A stretch of DNA of 64,000 nucleotides from contig JAUZTB010000135.1 in assembly GCA_034780895.1 (NCBI GenBank), positions 51,148,019-51,212,018 on the forward strand, read 5' to 3'. A model generated the notes under the pieces. It made no database searches. It was not told the origin of the DNA and worked only from the letters and a program-made list of their open reading frames with translations. Source of the DNA: Rhynchobatus australiae (taxonomy: Eukaryota). Below are positions 25,375 through 38,114 of the stretch, one piece after another; position 1 is the stretch's first letter; each line of letters starts with the position of its first letter. A program made the translations under genes and the position numbers.

Positions 25375-25772
25375 GGGCTTTATTCCGTGAAGTGTAGGAG
25401 ACGGGGGTTGGGGGGGTGGGGGATAAAGGTGTATAAAATCATGTGGGGCATAGGTAGGGTGAACACACACAGTCTTTTTCCCAGGGAAGGGGAACAAAAA
25501 ACTAGAGGGTGTACATTTAAGGTGAGAGGGGAAAGATTTAAAATGGACCTGAGGGGCAACTCCTTCACACAGAGGGTGGTGGGTGTATGGAACGAGCTGC
25601 CAGGGGAAGTGGGTGAGGCAGGTACAATAACGCACTGAAAAGGCATTTGGATAGGAGGGGTTTAGAGGGATATGGGTCCAATGGGGGCAAATGGGACAAG
25701 CTTGGTGGCACCATGGAGGGGATGGACCAAAGGGCGTGTTTCCATGCTGAATCACTCTACGACTCTCCATCA
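25375..25772 (+). mobile_element. CR1 (HER1-like) LINE 3' end
   Basis: VYKIM.GI.RVN..SLFPR..E.KTRG..FKVRGERFK.DLRGN.FTQRVVGVWNELP, then tail gggcgtgtttccatgctg. Confidence 0.9.
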
Positions 25773-26333
25773 CTCGATGTCAAGATTTGCAAACTATCAA
25801 ATGCTTCACGCTCGTTGCATCAGCTCAGGGGAACGGGAGATGGCTCTTCACTGGTCCATAATTCTACAGACTAGAGAACAGTGAATGGCCGGTGAGCAAA
25901 ATTAAGATACCTGGAATTGGGGGTAATATACTGGGCATGGATTGAAAATTGGTTAACGGACAGGAATAAATGGGCCAATGCATTACACCATTGACTTCAC
26001 CTCAGATATAGTGCAATGTTTATAAAGCTCACAGGAACACCCTCACTGGCCTCCAACCCAAAGCTGGGAGGGTCAACCTTGAACCTTAAGCACCTGCTCT
26101 GCCCACAGGATACACAGCAGCTGCAGAGACCCGTGGGGGTCAGTGACCATCTCCCCCAACCCCAGCTCAGCTCTCACCACCTTGTTCTGCTCTGCAGGGT
26201 GTGAGCAAGGGGAATGTGCTTCCTGAGGGGTTCCAGCAGCCTGTTCCCGGAGCTCCAACACTTACGATGCACTTTCACGTCTGTGAGTTTCCACTTCACT
26301 AAAAATTAAAGACAGATTTTGGAATCTTAAAAA

Positions 26334-27232
26334 TTGGTGATAACATCTCCTCCTCGCTGACAATCAACACAGGCGCAGCTCAAGAATGCGTGCTTGCCCA
26401 CTGCTCTACTCTCTCTGCACTCATGACTGTGTGGCTAGGCACAGCTCAAACACCATCTATAAATTCACCGATGACACCACTGTTGTTGGCAGAACCTCAG
26501 ATGGTGATGAGGAGATGTACAGGAGTGAGGTAGATTGGCTGGTTGAGTGGTGTCGCAACAACAACCTCACACTCAATGTCAGCGAGACCAAGGAACTGAT
26601 TGTGGACTTCAGGAAGGGGAAGTCAGGAGAACACACACCAGTCCTCATTGAGGTGTCAGTGGTGGAAAGGGGGAGCAGCTTCAAGTTCCTGGGCCCAACA
26701 CATTGATGCAATCACAAAGAAGGCACGCCAGCGGCTGTACTTTGTTAGAAGTTTGAGGAGATTTGGTGTGTCACCAAAGACTCTTGCAAACTTCTACAGA
26801 TGTACAGTGGAGAGCATTCTGACTGGTTGCATCACCGCCTGGTATGGAGGCTCCAATGTGCAGGATTGAAAGAGGCTAGAGGGTTGTAGATTCAGCCAGC
26901 TCCACCATGGGCACAACCCCCCCCCACCATCGAGGACATCTTTAAGAGGCAATTCATCATTAAGGACCATCATGCCCTCTTCATGTTACTACCATTAGAG
27001 AAGAGGTACAGGAGGCTGAAGACCCACACTTAACATTTCAGGAACAGCTTCTTCCCTTTCGCCATCAGATTTCTGAGGGTCCATGAGCACCACCTGGTTA
27101 TTTCTCTTTTGCACCATTTATTTATTTTTGTAACTTACGGTATTTTTTATGTCTTTATGCCTTGCACTGAAATGCTGCCGCAAAACAACATACTTCACGA
27201 CATATGTCAGTGATAATAAACCTGATTCTAAT
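26334..27232 (+). mobile_element. 5'-truncated Rex1/Babar LINE with 3' tail
   Basis: PLLYSL.THDC, KFTDDTTVVG, KELIVDFRK, TVESILTGC; tail gtgataataaacctgattcta. Confidence 0.9.
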
Positions 27233-29005
27233 TTACTAGCCTAGGCTGAGTTAGCTGATTTCTTTCAGGGCAGCAAGAGAAGTGCTTCATTTAGAGTAGG
27301 GATGAGAAAAAAATGCCCTAGATTCCAGTTCCTCTTTACTATCAGCAAAGTCTGCAGGAAGTGTGTGCATATGTATAGTCTGCAAACTGGATGAAACTTG
27401 AAAATAATGCACCACTCAGTTAAACCACCTGTTACTGTTCAAGTATGGAACTAGTTAATAGCATAGCCTCTGGGAGAGGAGGAAGAGAGAAAAATGGTCA
27501 TAAAAGCAGACAAAATATAATGTCCCAGTAACCATTAGTTAGAAAAGAAATTATATAATCATTGCATCGACTAGCAGATAAGTATCCAAACATCTTCTCT
27601 GTAACAACTGTAGTAATGACAATTATGTAAAAAGTGCTTGTGTTTATGCAAAATTCTGATTATTGTTTTCTCTTTGCAGCAGTTAGCTGTTTTCACTAAC
27701 CACTGCTAAAAATGCCATAATTTCTTCACAGAAAAGAAAAGGTTAATTTTTTTTTGGCTTGAATACATTGATCCGTATTTGCATCGTCCAAGCTCATTAT
27801 CACCACTCCATGGAATGTAAAACCTGTTAGGCAGAAACAGCAGATGGGCTGAGAAGAAATTGTTCAAGCCACACATTTTTGCTCAAGATTAATTACATTA
27901 AGGCACTGTGTACAAACAGTAAAATCTCTGAATGCTGATACCATAGCTATCACTGATAATAAATTCTTTTGATGCTCTCCAGAACTGCGGCTTGTGGTGG
28001 TGGTGAGGGAGGAACAGGTTTTTTATATATTAGGTCAGTATAGGAAAAAAGTGTGTACGTTTGTGTGCATGACAGAGGGAGAATAAGAAAGAGAGAAAGT
28101 GAGGACAAGCACTGGAGGAAGGTATTTTTGTTTTTCAGCCCCATTTTAGAGCTTCTTTTAAATTCTTAAATGTTTCAGGCCATAGTATCATTGGGATTCA
28201 ATAAAGAGGGATTACACTGATCAAGAACAGTCCTGAAAACAATGTGAAACATGGACCTTGAAATTCACAGGTTTCAACAGGCCAGAAAAGAATATTACTG
28301 CTAGGGCAAAAATTTTGGAGAGAGCGTGGTTCTGCAAGAATTCTGATGAACTATAGATCTTTTTTTCTGTCTGCTGTTGAGGAAGTGCGAGAAAATTTGG
28401 TCCAACCTTTCCCCTCCTCAGAGCCAATGTGAATGAGGAGGCTCCTCATTTACTTTTAAAAAATTCATTTCCATCTAACGATATGGTTAAAACTTAGGGA
28501 AGAAGAGGCTAATCTATTTCTTGCTAACCTGCTGACTCAAATGGAACAACGAAGGGGAAGGTTTTCTTGAGTTCTTCCAGGACCTTCTCTCCACCACTGG
28601 CATGGTGTGGTATGGATCCAAATAATATTACCAGTGGCTTGAGCTGAGAGTTGATGAAGTGCCCTTGCAGGAATGCAACACATAAACCAGCAATAAAAAT
28701 AACCTTACCCCTGTGATTTAGGTTGGGGGTCGGCATCCTTGAGTGTGAGTGGATGACGGTCCCTCAGAAGTTACATGGTCATGATTTTATCAGCCTCACA
28801 AAACATTAAAAGAAAAACAACTGTGAAAATATTACCTCAAATTTCAGTTTTCCACACAAATTATCCAAATAAAATGGCACATTTTCCCCCCTCCAGTGAT
28901 TCTTTAGTGAGCATACTGCCTACTGTATAACTGGGGCACATGGATCAAGAAAATCCCAGATTCAGTTTTTAGTTGGCATAAAATGAAACAAGATTTTTTT
29001 CATTT

Positions 29006-30061
29006 TAGGCCACCCTGGGGTTATGAACACCTGACCTATGGACACCCTGTACATATGAATAAGCTCCTATGTATTAGTTAATGAATTAGTTAATTCAAAC
29101 AAGAACCAGTCTTCAAAAAAATGTTCACATATAACCTCCCCCCTGTTTACATGTAGCCTCTCCTCAGTAATCAGACACCATTCTCTCTGAAGAACACAAC
29201 CTGCCTGTTTCACTGCGGGAGGCCACCTAAATTTACTTAAGAAATTAACAAGACAATCCATACTTGATAGATGTGCAACCATACATTGTTAAACAATGTA
29301 GCATCCACTGATACTTCAAGACTATTGAAACCAGTCATTGAGCATGGGACATCTTGATTCAGTAACACCGTAACAAGACGGGGGAAAACAGTAAACGTCC
29401 CTATTAATTGGCCCTCACTGAAACCCCCATGATGAGATCAGGGAAGGCATTAAGTGACCATCTCCTGTATTAACACATCATTAAAGACATATCCCTGCCA
29501 CTAAATACATNNNNNNNNNNTCCCACTGTAAATATGAAATTCTACAAAGTTATTTTTTTATTTTACAGCGTGGTAACAGGCCCTTCCAGCCCAACAAGTC
29601 CGCATCGCCCATTTTAAACCCCTAATTAACCTATCCATATGTCTTTAGAATGTGGGAGGAAACTGGAGCACCCGGAGGAAACCCATGCAGACACAGAAGA
29701 ATGAACCCACTTGTCCACTCTCAAGATGTTAAAGTAAGTAATTATAACCACTGAAACTACTGAACCTCTTATTGTTATCTTTGTGTTTGAAAAGTATAAA
29801 AACTCACTGTCCTGCAATGTGTCAAGAAAGGGAAAGGAGAAATAGATTCTCCAAAAGACCTGCTGTACTGAAATAAAGACCTCTTACATCTAGCAGCTTA
29901 AGTCTCCAGTTGCTTATTCACAGTCACACCACCATTCATGACAATACTGCAGAGGTAATGATTACAATATCAAGTGATTTTGTGCATTTTCCAATTTATT
30001 GACAAATCAACTTATGGACATCTGTATAAATGCAACCCATTTGTAACCTGGAGATGGCCTG
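29006..30061. mobile_element. TcMar-Tigger/pogo-like non-autonomous DNA element with nested SINE
   Basis: Terminal inverted repeats taggccaccctggggttatgaa and reverse complement caggccatctccaggttacaaa; the same TIR type as 33101-33317. Confidence 0.55.
29551..29700 (-). mobile_element. 5'-truncated V-SINE
   Basis: Reverse complement matches 36660-36800 (gggtttcctccgggtgctcc...aaaatgggcg...gggcctgttaccacgctgtaaaataaa). Confidence 0.85.
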
Positions 30062-31374
30062 TGGATGTATGGATGTTAGATGGGAACAGGAGTAAGAAAA
30101 TCAGGGGGAGAGTTGAAATAAAAAATTATGATTTCCTAATAAGAGATAGCTGCCTAAAATAGTATTCATCTGTTTTTCAGGAGCTAAACCCGTGTTGCAT
30201 ATAGTGCAAATGCTACGTTGATCTCCCAAAAATAGTTGTGAAATTGGGCCAAAAAAGGTAAAAGATAGCACAATGACATTTTGCACACTAAATCATGCAG
30301 TAAAATAGGACCTGTGCATTTCCCGTCATGTCCTCTGTGCAGAACTTTCATCTCCCACNNNNNNNNNNNNNNNNNNNNNNNNNNNNNNNNNNNNNNNNNN
30401 NNNNNNNNNNNNNNNNNNNNNNNNNNNNNNNNNNNNNNNNNNNNNNNNNNNNNNNNNNNNNNNNNNNNNNNNNNNNNNNNNNNNNNNNNNNNNNNNNNNN
30501 NNNNNNNNNNNNNNNNNNNNNNNNNNNNNNNNNNNNNNNNNNNNNNNNNNNNNNNNNNNNNNNNNNNNNNNNNNNNCACCACGCAGAGCTCACAAATAGT
30601 TTTTGAAAAAGGTGCTGTCAATGAGGAAATCTCTACTGATAGATTCTCTCTAATGCTAGCCATTGAAATGAGAGACAGTGAGATGGATTCAATATGACGT
30701 GCAGACATTTTAATTGCCATCACATTCCCAAATCCTGCACAATGGCTTCCTGGTTTGTTAATGACTTAATAACAAACATCATGGGCTTCCCTCAGAATCT
30801 TCTGTTTCTGTTAGAAGCAGAGGAAACGTACTGTGCAACCTTTAATATCACTTGATGAACAAATAATGCTGGGCAAGTTTCTGCCAAGCCAAGATGAATT
30901 GTGCCAGGAAGTGCCAGACCAATTTCCAATGGCATTTGAGAGATCCAACATATACAAGGCAGCTTTAATGTGCAAACTGCACATTTTTTAAAAGAGTGTC
31001 CAGTTTCTCAGCAGGTGACTTCATAAAATGTTGGGAACAAATTTGAAACCAATTTGTTCAAATGGGTAATTTATGCTTTTCTTTCACTACTGAACTACTA
31101 TTAAGAATGTGATTATGGCATTTCCAAATTTTTGTGATGTGCCAGAAGCACACCAATCAAAAGTGATGGGCTTATGGCTTGTGTAAATGAAGTCAATAGA
31201 ACTGAATATGCACAGATGGGCAGAGCCAATAGCCAATATTCATGCTCGTGTCAAGCACTAGTGAGAAATGAACAGATTTCCCCTTTTAATTTGTTACCTA
31301 TCTGCTCTCCACCCTTGACTTCCTGAAAAATAGTAGCTACTTATAATCATGCCCAGAAACAGCAATTTTTTCTT

Positions 31375-31620
31375 AATCTTAAACCTTGGGAATTTGAATT
31401 CATATAATTCAGTGAAAATTACTGAAAAACCTAGTGTTAACAATGGTGAATATGAAACTATGAATTGTTGGAGAAACTCATCTAAAATGCTGTCAAGTCC
31501 AGTCTGACTTGTTTGTGAATCCCAATACATCATTCTTAACTGTCTCAATTCAGTGGCCAATTAGTGATGGGCAATAAATACTGGCGTTGCCAATGTACAT
31601 ATCCCGAGAATGAAATAAAC
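31375..31620 (+). mobile_element. Old SINE sharing its 3' tail with the CR1/Jockey-group LINE
   Basis: Tail caattagtgatgggcaataaatactggcgttgccaatg resembles 9195 and 44298. A related decayed copy lies near 35790-36010. Confidence 0.5.
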
Positions 31621-31804
31621 AGACCTCCAACAACAACATTTCACATATTTGGTTAGATTAACAATTTTTTCCTTATCTCATTTCAGAATAATCAGTAACG
31701 CTATAAATTGACTTACTGTTTTGTAAGATTAAATTAAATTTGCTCTATATTTTTCCCATCCTAACTACAGTCATTATATCTCAAGCTTCTACCATTTATA
31801 ATCT

Positions 31805-32605
31805 AAAAGGCAAAAAAAAATGCATAAAAGCCAAAAACTAGTAGAAACAAATACAGGCAACTGGGGGAGTCTCTTGAAGAATATAAAGGGTGTAGGAGTG
31901 AACTTAAGAAAGAAATTAGGAGGGTATACAGGGGCCATGAATTATTCTTAGCAAGTAATACGGAGAATTCAAAGACACTCCATAAGTATATTACAAGCAT
32001 GAGGATAGCCAGGGAAAAGGTGGGTCCGCTAAGGGACCAAAGGGGTAATCAATGTGTTAAGCCAAGTGATGTGGGTGAGGTCCTAAATGAATACTTAACA
32101 TTTCTATGCACCAAGGTGAAGGACATGGAAGACAGTGAATTTAGGGAAGGGTAGATGGATAACCTGGAGCAGGTCAGTATTAAGAAGGATCATGGGATGC
32201 ATAACGGTTGATAAATCCCAAAGGCCAAATGAGATCTATACCAGGTTGCTATGGGAAGCAAGGGAAGAGATAGCTGGAGTTCTGATGGAGATTTTTGCAT
32301 CTTTGTTAGCTACAGGTGAGGTGCCAGAAGAGTTGGTGATAAGAGGCAGAGAGTAGTGGTGGAGGGATGCTTTACTGATTGGAAATCTGTGATCAGTGGT
32401 GTGCTGCAGGGATTGGTGCAGGGACCCTTGTTGTTTGTGACTTAGATGTGAATGTAGGAAATATGATTAGTAAGTTTGCAGATGACCTGAAAGTTATGGA
32501 TAGCAAGGAAGGTTGATTAAGGCTACAGCATGATACAGATCAGATGGAAAATTGGGCAGTGCGTTGACAGACAGAACTTAATCCCAACAAGTGCAAAGTG
32601 ATGGA
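31805..32605 (+). mobile_element. CR1 LINE ORF2 fragment with internal deletion
   Basis: LKKEIRR, DKSQ.P.EIY.RLLWEAREEIAG.L.EIFAS.LATGEVPE, SGV.QGLV.GPLLF, ISKFADD. Confidence 0.85.
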
Positions 32606-33100
32606 TATGCAAATAGAAAAATCAACAGCAGCACCAAGGAATCATGGATTATGGAAACACTGATGATACTGAGGAAATGGTAGTATCTTAAACTTATGCC
32701 CCCTTGTTTTTGATACACCCTACCATGGGGAAAGGATTCTGACTATTTACCCTATATATGCCTCTTATAACTTTATATACGTGCCAACTAATCAAAACAA
32801 GTGCTACTTTTATAACCACCTGTCAATATATGGTGAGCTATCAATAATTTTTTTTCACTAAAATAATTCAACAACAAACAGACTCACAGTCACAGCTTAT
32901 GTGCAAACACACTGAAACAAAAATATTGTCAATATTTGCTCCTTGGTGCACAAATTAGGCCAATTTCACACAAAGAGAAAAGTTCATTTTGTTTGGCATG
33001 AATTTCCATTGCGAATTTAGAATAAGCCAATTCCCAAATCTGTGTCAAGATGGTAAGACAACAGATTCAAGGAATTCTTGATACTTCAATCAAGTATCGT

Positions 33101-33317
33101 CAGATTGTCCCCAGGTTATGACAGTGTTCCGTTCCTGTGAACTGTTCATAACCTGAACAGTTCACAAGTCAGAAATGCGGCCGCAAACTGAATTCCCACA
33201 CTGCAGAAGATGCTTGCAGCTGCACATCAGCTGGTTAATCCATCCTGCCGGTCTCCCAAATCGTTCGTATGTATGGGATATATATAAGTCGGGCATTTGT
33301 AAGCTGGGGAAGACCTG
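33101..33317. mobile_element. Tigger-like MITE
   Basis: TIRs cagattgtccccaggttatga and reverse complement caggtcttccccagcttacaaa. Confidence 0.65.
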
Positions 33318-33404
33318 CAGCCATCTTGTTCACATTCCAAGTTTAAATAGATACTCTAGAAATTCTTAAACCAGCTACCAAACAGTCAAAGTTGAGTTTA
33401 TTGT

Positions 33405-33456
33405 CATATGCTCCTAAGAATGTAAAGATGCTGGCGCGCTTTCCTTATGATTGCAT
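33405..33456 (-). mobile_element. Rex1/Babar fragment at gap edge
   Basis: Reverse complement reads AIIRKARQHLYILRS. Confidence 0.65.
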
Positions 33457-34384
33457 NNNNNNNNNNNNNNNNNNNNNNNNNNNNNNNNNNNNNNNNNNNN
33501 NNNNNNNNNNNNNNNNNNNNNNNNNNNNNNNNNNNNNNNNNNNNNNNNNNNNNNNNNNNNNNNNNNNNNNNNNNNNNNNNNNNNNNNNNNNNNNNNNNNN
33601 NNNNNNNNNNNNNNNNNNNNNNNNNNNNNNNNNNNNNNNNNNNNNNNNNNNNNNNNNNNNNNNNNNNNNNNNNNNNNNNNNNNNNNNNNNNNNNNNNNNN
33701 NNNNNNNNNNNNNNNNNNNNNNNNNNNNNNNNNNNNNNNNNNNNNNNNNNNNNNNNNNNNNNNNNNNNNNNNNNNNNNNNNNNNNNNNNNNNNNNNNNNN
33801 NNNNNNNNNNNNNNNNNNNNNNNNNNNNNNNNNNNNNNNNNNNNNNNNNNNNNNNNNNNNNNNNNNNNNNNNNNNNNNNNNNNNNNNNNNNNNNNNNNNN
33901 NNNNNNNNNNNNNNNNNNNNNNNNNNNNNNNNNNNNNNNNNNNNNNNNNNNNNNNNNNNNNNNNNNNNNNNNNNNNNNNNNNNNNNNNNNNNNNNNNNNN
34001 NNNNNNNNNNNNNNNNNNNNNNNNNNNNNNNNNNNNNNNNNNNNNNNNNNNNNNNNNNNNNNNNNNNNNNNNNNNNNNNNNNNNNNNNNNNNNNNNNNNN
34101 NNNNNNNNNNNNNNNNNNNNNNNNNNNNNNNNNNNNNNNNNNNNNNNNNNNNNNNNNNNNNNNNNNNNNNNNNNNNNNNNNNNNNNNNNNNNNNNNNNNN
34201 NNNNNNNNNNNNNNNNNNNNNNTTCTGAGTTGAAGCACACTTATTGGAATATAACTTTGGAAGGGTTACCTAGTTATTTTACAGGAGTCTGTAACGTGCA
34301 AGGAAGGAAGTAGAGGGCACAGGTCCAAAAGTTATGAATAGAGGGGTAATTAACATAAGGCATTCTCTCATACGCTTCAATATA

Positions 34385-34830
34385 CAGGTCAATGATGCCT
34401 TGGAGCTAACCCTCCAAGGGTGAGAGCGTGCATCTCTCTACATCACTGGCTTTCAATGGGCAGGCTAAATTATGAGAGTCCTGAAACAGTGACTCTACTA
34501 TGAGTTCATCACAGTAGGACATTACCATGAGGACGAAGGAAATGATTCAGGGCTATTCGCAAAGACTCCTTGAAAAATTGTAACATCCTCACCAAGTTAT
34601 GAGAAACGTTGACCCATCACCACTGAAAATGGAGGAACATCTGGGATGGTATTGAGAACACTGAGTCTCTGTGTTGGGAGCACATAGAAGACAGTGAAAA
34701 TGGCATCACCTCCTGCACCCACCTTACCCATCAAGAATCCTCTATTTCACCTGTGGCAGAGCCTGTAGATCATTCACTGGCATACGAAAGCAAGTCATCC
34801 ATGATTTCATGGGGCCATCCAAGACAAGGA
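34385..34830 (+). mobile_element. RTE-clade LINE 3' relic
   Basis: Degenerate .QWAG, LYYE, RK.F....K.SLK.CNI, KWR, and TCGRAC (C-terminal zinc-finger-like) motifs. Confidence 0.6.
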
Positions 34831-35419
34831 AACAGAGGAAAGATATTGCAGACCTTAGGGAGTACTTAAGACAAATGAATACTTCCACTGATTTCACATT
34901 CCATTCTTGACCATGTTGAAAGGAACCAAGCATCTCTCTGAATGCGATTGGTGACTAACAATTCAGATCCAGAACCCTAAGACACAATAACCAGGAACAA
35001 GAAATCAAGGTGATTTTCTGCTTGCTTGCAATTGTAGCAATGACATTCTTCCTTCCTTGAGACTGATTTCAGCACAGACCAATGACTGAATATGGAACTT
35101 AGTCACTCACTGAAGGTAATCCACTAAGTTATTTGATGAATTTTATTTTACACGCAATCTGCAAACCAATGTTTGTTTGCTTTGCATTGAAAAATGTTTT
35201 TCTACTTGTTTCATTCATAATTCAAAACCATTCAGGATGTTTTAAACAATTTTTTATTGTCACGTATTTGTGAGATTCTGTTTTCTTGACATGTGAGAAA
35301 AGCAGTAAATTATCTGGATTAATAAGAAGAGTTTCAGCAGAATTACTCTGTGGCAATACCTCCTTGTGCTTGACTTTCAGTGTCAAGTTGCAAGTTATCA
35401 AATGTTCCATCATTCTAGA

Positions 35420-35510
35420 GTCATAATCATAGAGACATCCAGCCTGGAAACAGGCCCTTTGGCCCACCGAGTCTGCCCAACCATCAACTGCCCATTTACA
35501 CTTTATATCT
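35420..35510 (-). mobile_element. SINE/CR1 3' tail fragment
   Basis: cagcctggaaacaggccctttggcccaccgagtctgcccaaccatcaactgcccatttacac. Confidence 0.6.
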
Positions 35511-36557
35511 TTTAATAATTCAGAATTGCATACTTATAAACTTCTAAAACCATGACCCAGAGCAATATCCATGAAGAACATTTAAACCATTTTTAGATCA
35601 AGCATTTTTTTTCAAAATAAAGATAGCTGTTTCACTGAAGTGTACTGCTCTAAGTATGTCATGCTGTTTCATCTTTCACCTGGAAAGAAAGGAGATATGG
35701 CTGATAGAATTCTCCAGGATAAATGCCATTATAAATACAGAATTAGACCCCAGAAAATATGATTCTATGGTGAAAGTTTAGTTTTGAAGATACCACCAGG
35801 TTGTTTAAATAAAATCAATACATCTGGTATCTTATGTCCTAACAAAAAATAAGTTTGGTTATGAGTTGTTATAAGACCTCAGCTGTTTATTTATGTCCTT
35901 CTGAGAAGCCAGACTGCCATCCCACCTGGTCTTATACCAATATTACACAGATAATTCAAAATATTCTCTGGACAATGAGCGATAAGCAAAAAAATCTTGC
36001 CAGCACCATCTGGATAATCTCTGGCAGTAAATCCAATCCAATGGAAAATACTACTACTAAATTGTATAGTACATTTTTTTTCAAAACCAAATTTATTGCA
36101 TTCTCACTATCTAGCAATTTATTATCTGTGGATCTGCATACTGGTGATGTCTGCCGTGATTTACTGGGAGTGTTGTTGCTGGATGTGCAGCCAGAGCAGG
36201 GGTTGGGAACACCAGCTTCTTTTTACAAGCTGAAACGTACAAACTGAAACTTACAGGCTGAACCTGACAGTGAAGTTGTTATATCCACTAAGAGATTGCC
36301 TGTTGTACTTTATTGCAGCCTTAGTGTCAATGCACATGGTGTTTTCTTGATGTCTGCACAAAGTTCATGTCCCTATCCCTCGTGAGCAATGAGGAGATAG
36401 TGTAGCAGAAGAGAATATTCATAAATCCTAATAATGAATGAAGTAGGATTAGAACCAGTTCATATTGACATGATTTCTTACTTTCTCCGATTTGAGAATA
36501 TTGATCTTTGTTTGTATTTGCAATTTTAGTCAGGCTACTTAATCAGGCTACTTAATT

Positions 36558-36815
36558 GGGCAGCACGGTAGCATAGTGGCTAGTGTGACGCTATTACAGC
36601 ACTAGCAATCGGGGTTGGATTCCCGTTGCTGTCTGTAAGGAGTTTGTACGTTCTCCTGTGTCTGCGTGGGTTTCCTCCGGGTGCTCCGGTTTCCTCCCAC
36701 ATTCCAAAGACATACAGGTAGGTTAACGTGGGTTTAAAAATGGGCGGCACGGACTCATTGGGCCAGAAGGGTCTGTTACCACGCTGTAAATAAAATTTAA
36801 AAATTTAATTTAAAA
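36558..36815 (+). mobile_element. Full-length V-SINE (HE1-like)
   Basis: tRNA-like head (gggcagcacggtagcatagtgg; B-box-like ggttggattccc), V-domain gcgtgggtttcctccgggtgctccggtttcctccca, AT-rich tail. Confidence 0.9.
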
Positions 36816-37473
36816 TATCCTTCTGGGTGGAAATACTTACATTTTGTACCATGTATCCTAGGTTGAGTTATATGTACAATATAAATCTACATTTGAATTG
36901 CAAACTACTCAAAATTTTCTAAAATTTAACTGTCAAGACTTCTCATCTCACTAGGGAAAGAGAGGGGAAAAGGACCAATGTGTAAACATTGCACTTGGGA
37001 TGCAGCCTTTTAAGATAATTCTGACAGTGACGGTGTAAAATAAGCAAATTTTGTTTGTTTTTATTTAATGGCAGTGGTAGCAAGTGTAACGTCCAAGGTT
37101 TGATGCTGAGTGATGCCATGTGTCCTGGAAAAGATTAGAGAGAGCAGCCTATGACAATATATTCATTTTTTGACTTTCCTTGCTGCAGTCAAAACTAGGA
37201 CTTGATTAGAGTTACTCGTGGAATAAAAGATGGCCACATCTTCCTTGTGTATTAGTATATGATTCAGGATATGATTATGTATTTCGAGAAGGGTCTAAGC
37301 CAGGTACTGATGATACTGATTGAGCCACAAATTATACAGACTCAATTCTGATTCAAATGGAATGAAACATTGGGTGAGGTGCATCAGAGGTGAAAAGAAC
37401 ATTAAGAATGAAAATTCCCATTAGTACCATTATTCTCTGCTTAATGTAGATCTGGGGATGTAAGCCTAAGAAG

Positions 37474-37793
37474 CAGCAGCACATTGGTGCAGCTAGCAGA
37501 GCTGCTGCTCTCCCAGCTCCAGGTCCTGGAGATCTGGGTTCAATCCTGGATGTGGACGTATATGGTTTGAACATTCTCCTAGTAACAGCATGGGTTTCCT
37601 CAGGGTGCTCCAGTTTCTTCTCATGCCCCTAAGACGTGCAGATGGGAAGCTTAATTGGCCACTGTAAGCTACCCTAGTACATTGGTGAGTGGTAGAATCT
37701 CTTGGGATGGTGGGGGGAGGGGTAAATTGATGGGAGTACAAGGAGAGTAGTTACAAGGTAAATTAGAGGGAGAATTGTATGCTTTATGAGCCA
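37474..37793 (+). mobile_element. V-SINE (second subfamily)
   Basis: gggttcaatcctg B-box-like; gcatgggtttcctcagggtgctccagtttc V-domain; taattggccactgtaag. Confidence 0.8.
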
Positions 37794-38114
37794 TGGTAAT
37801 CTTTATGGGTTATATTGTAAGGAAATCTGCAACATGGAAACTGTTGTTCCCAGAATTTCAATTTGGCAGAATAAATAAACTTCTTTTAAACCACTGGTTT
37901 TGGTGTAGTCCCCAGCTCCATTTCAATATACCTCATGAATTCCCCTTCTGTTCTGCTCATGCTTTCTACAGAATTTAAAAGGTACATGGCAGATGATTTA
38001 GAACTGTTAAAGCAGGAATTGATCTAAATTGGCTTTTAACCTTCAGTTCTGCTATTTTCTATAATAATTTTTTTCACAATTTAATATTCAATGTATGTAA
38101 AATAGAACTTCAAT

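Noticed and set aside
27240-27495. Possible ancient SINE-like repeat (gctgagttagctgat...), loosely similar to 5040-5150
   Set aside because: Too decayed to name or bound by eye.
33392-34313. ORFs of 260-288 aa
   Set aside because: Almost entirely N-run read-through.
36558-36630. tRNA-like A/B boxes
   Set aside because: SINE head, not a tRNA gene; it continues into the V-domain and LINE-type tail.
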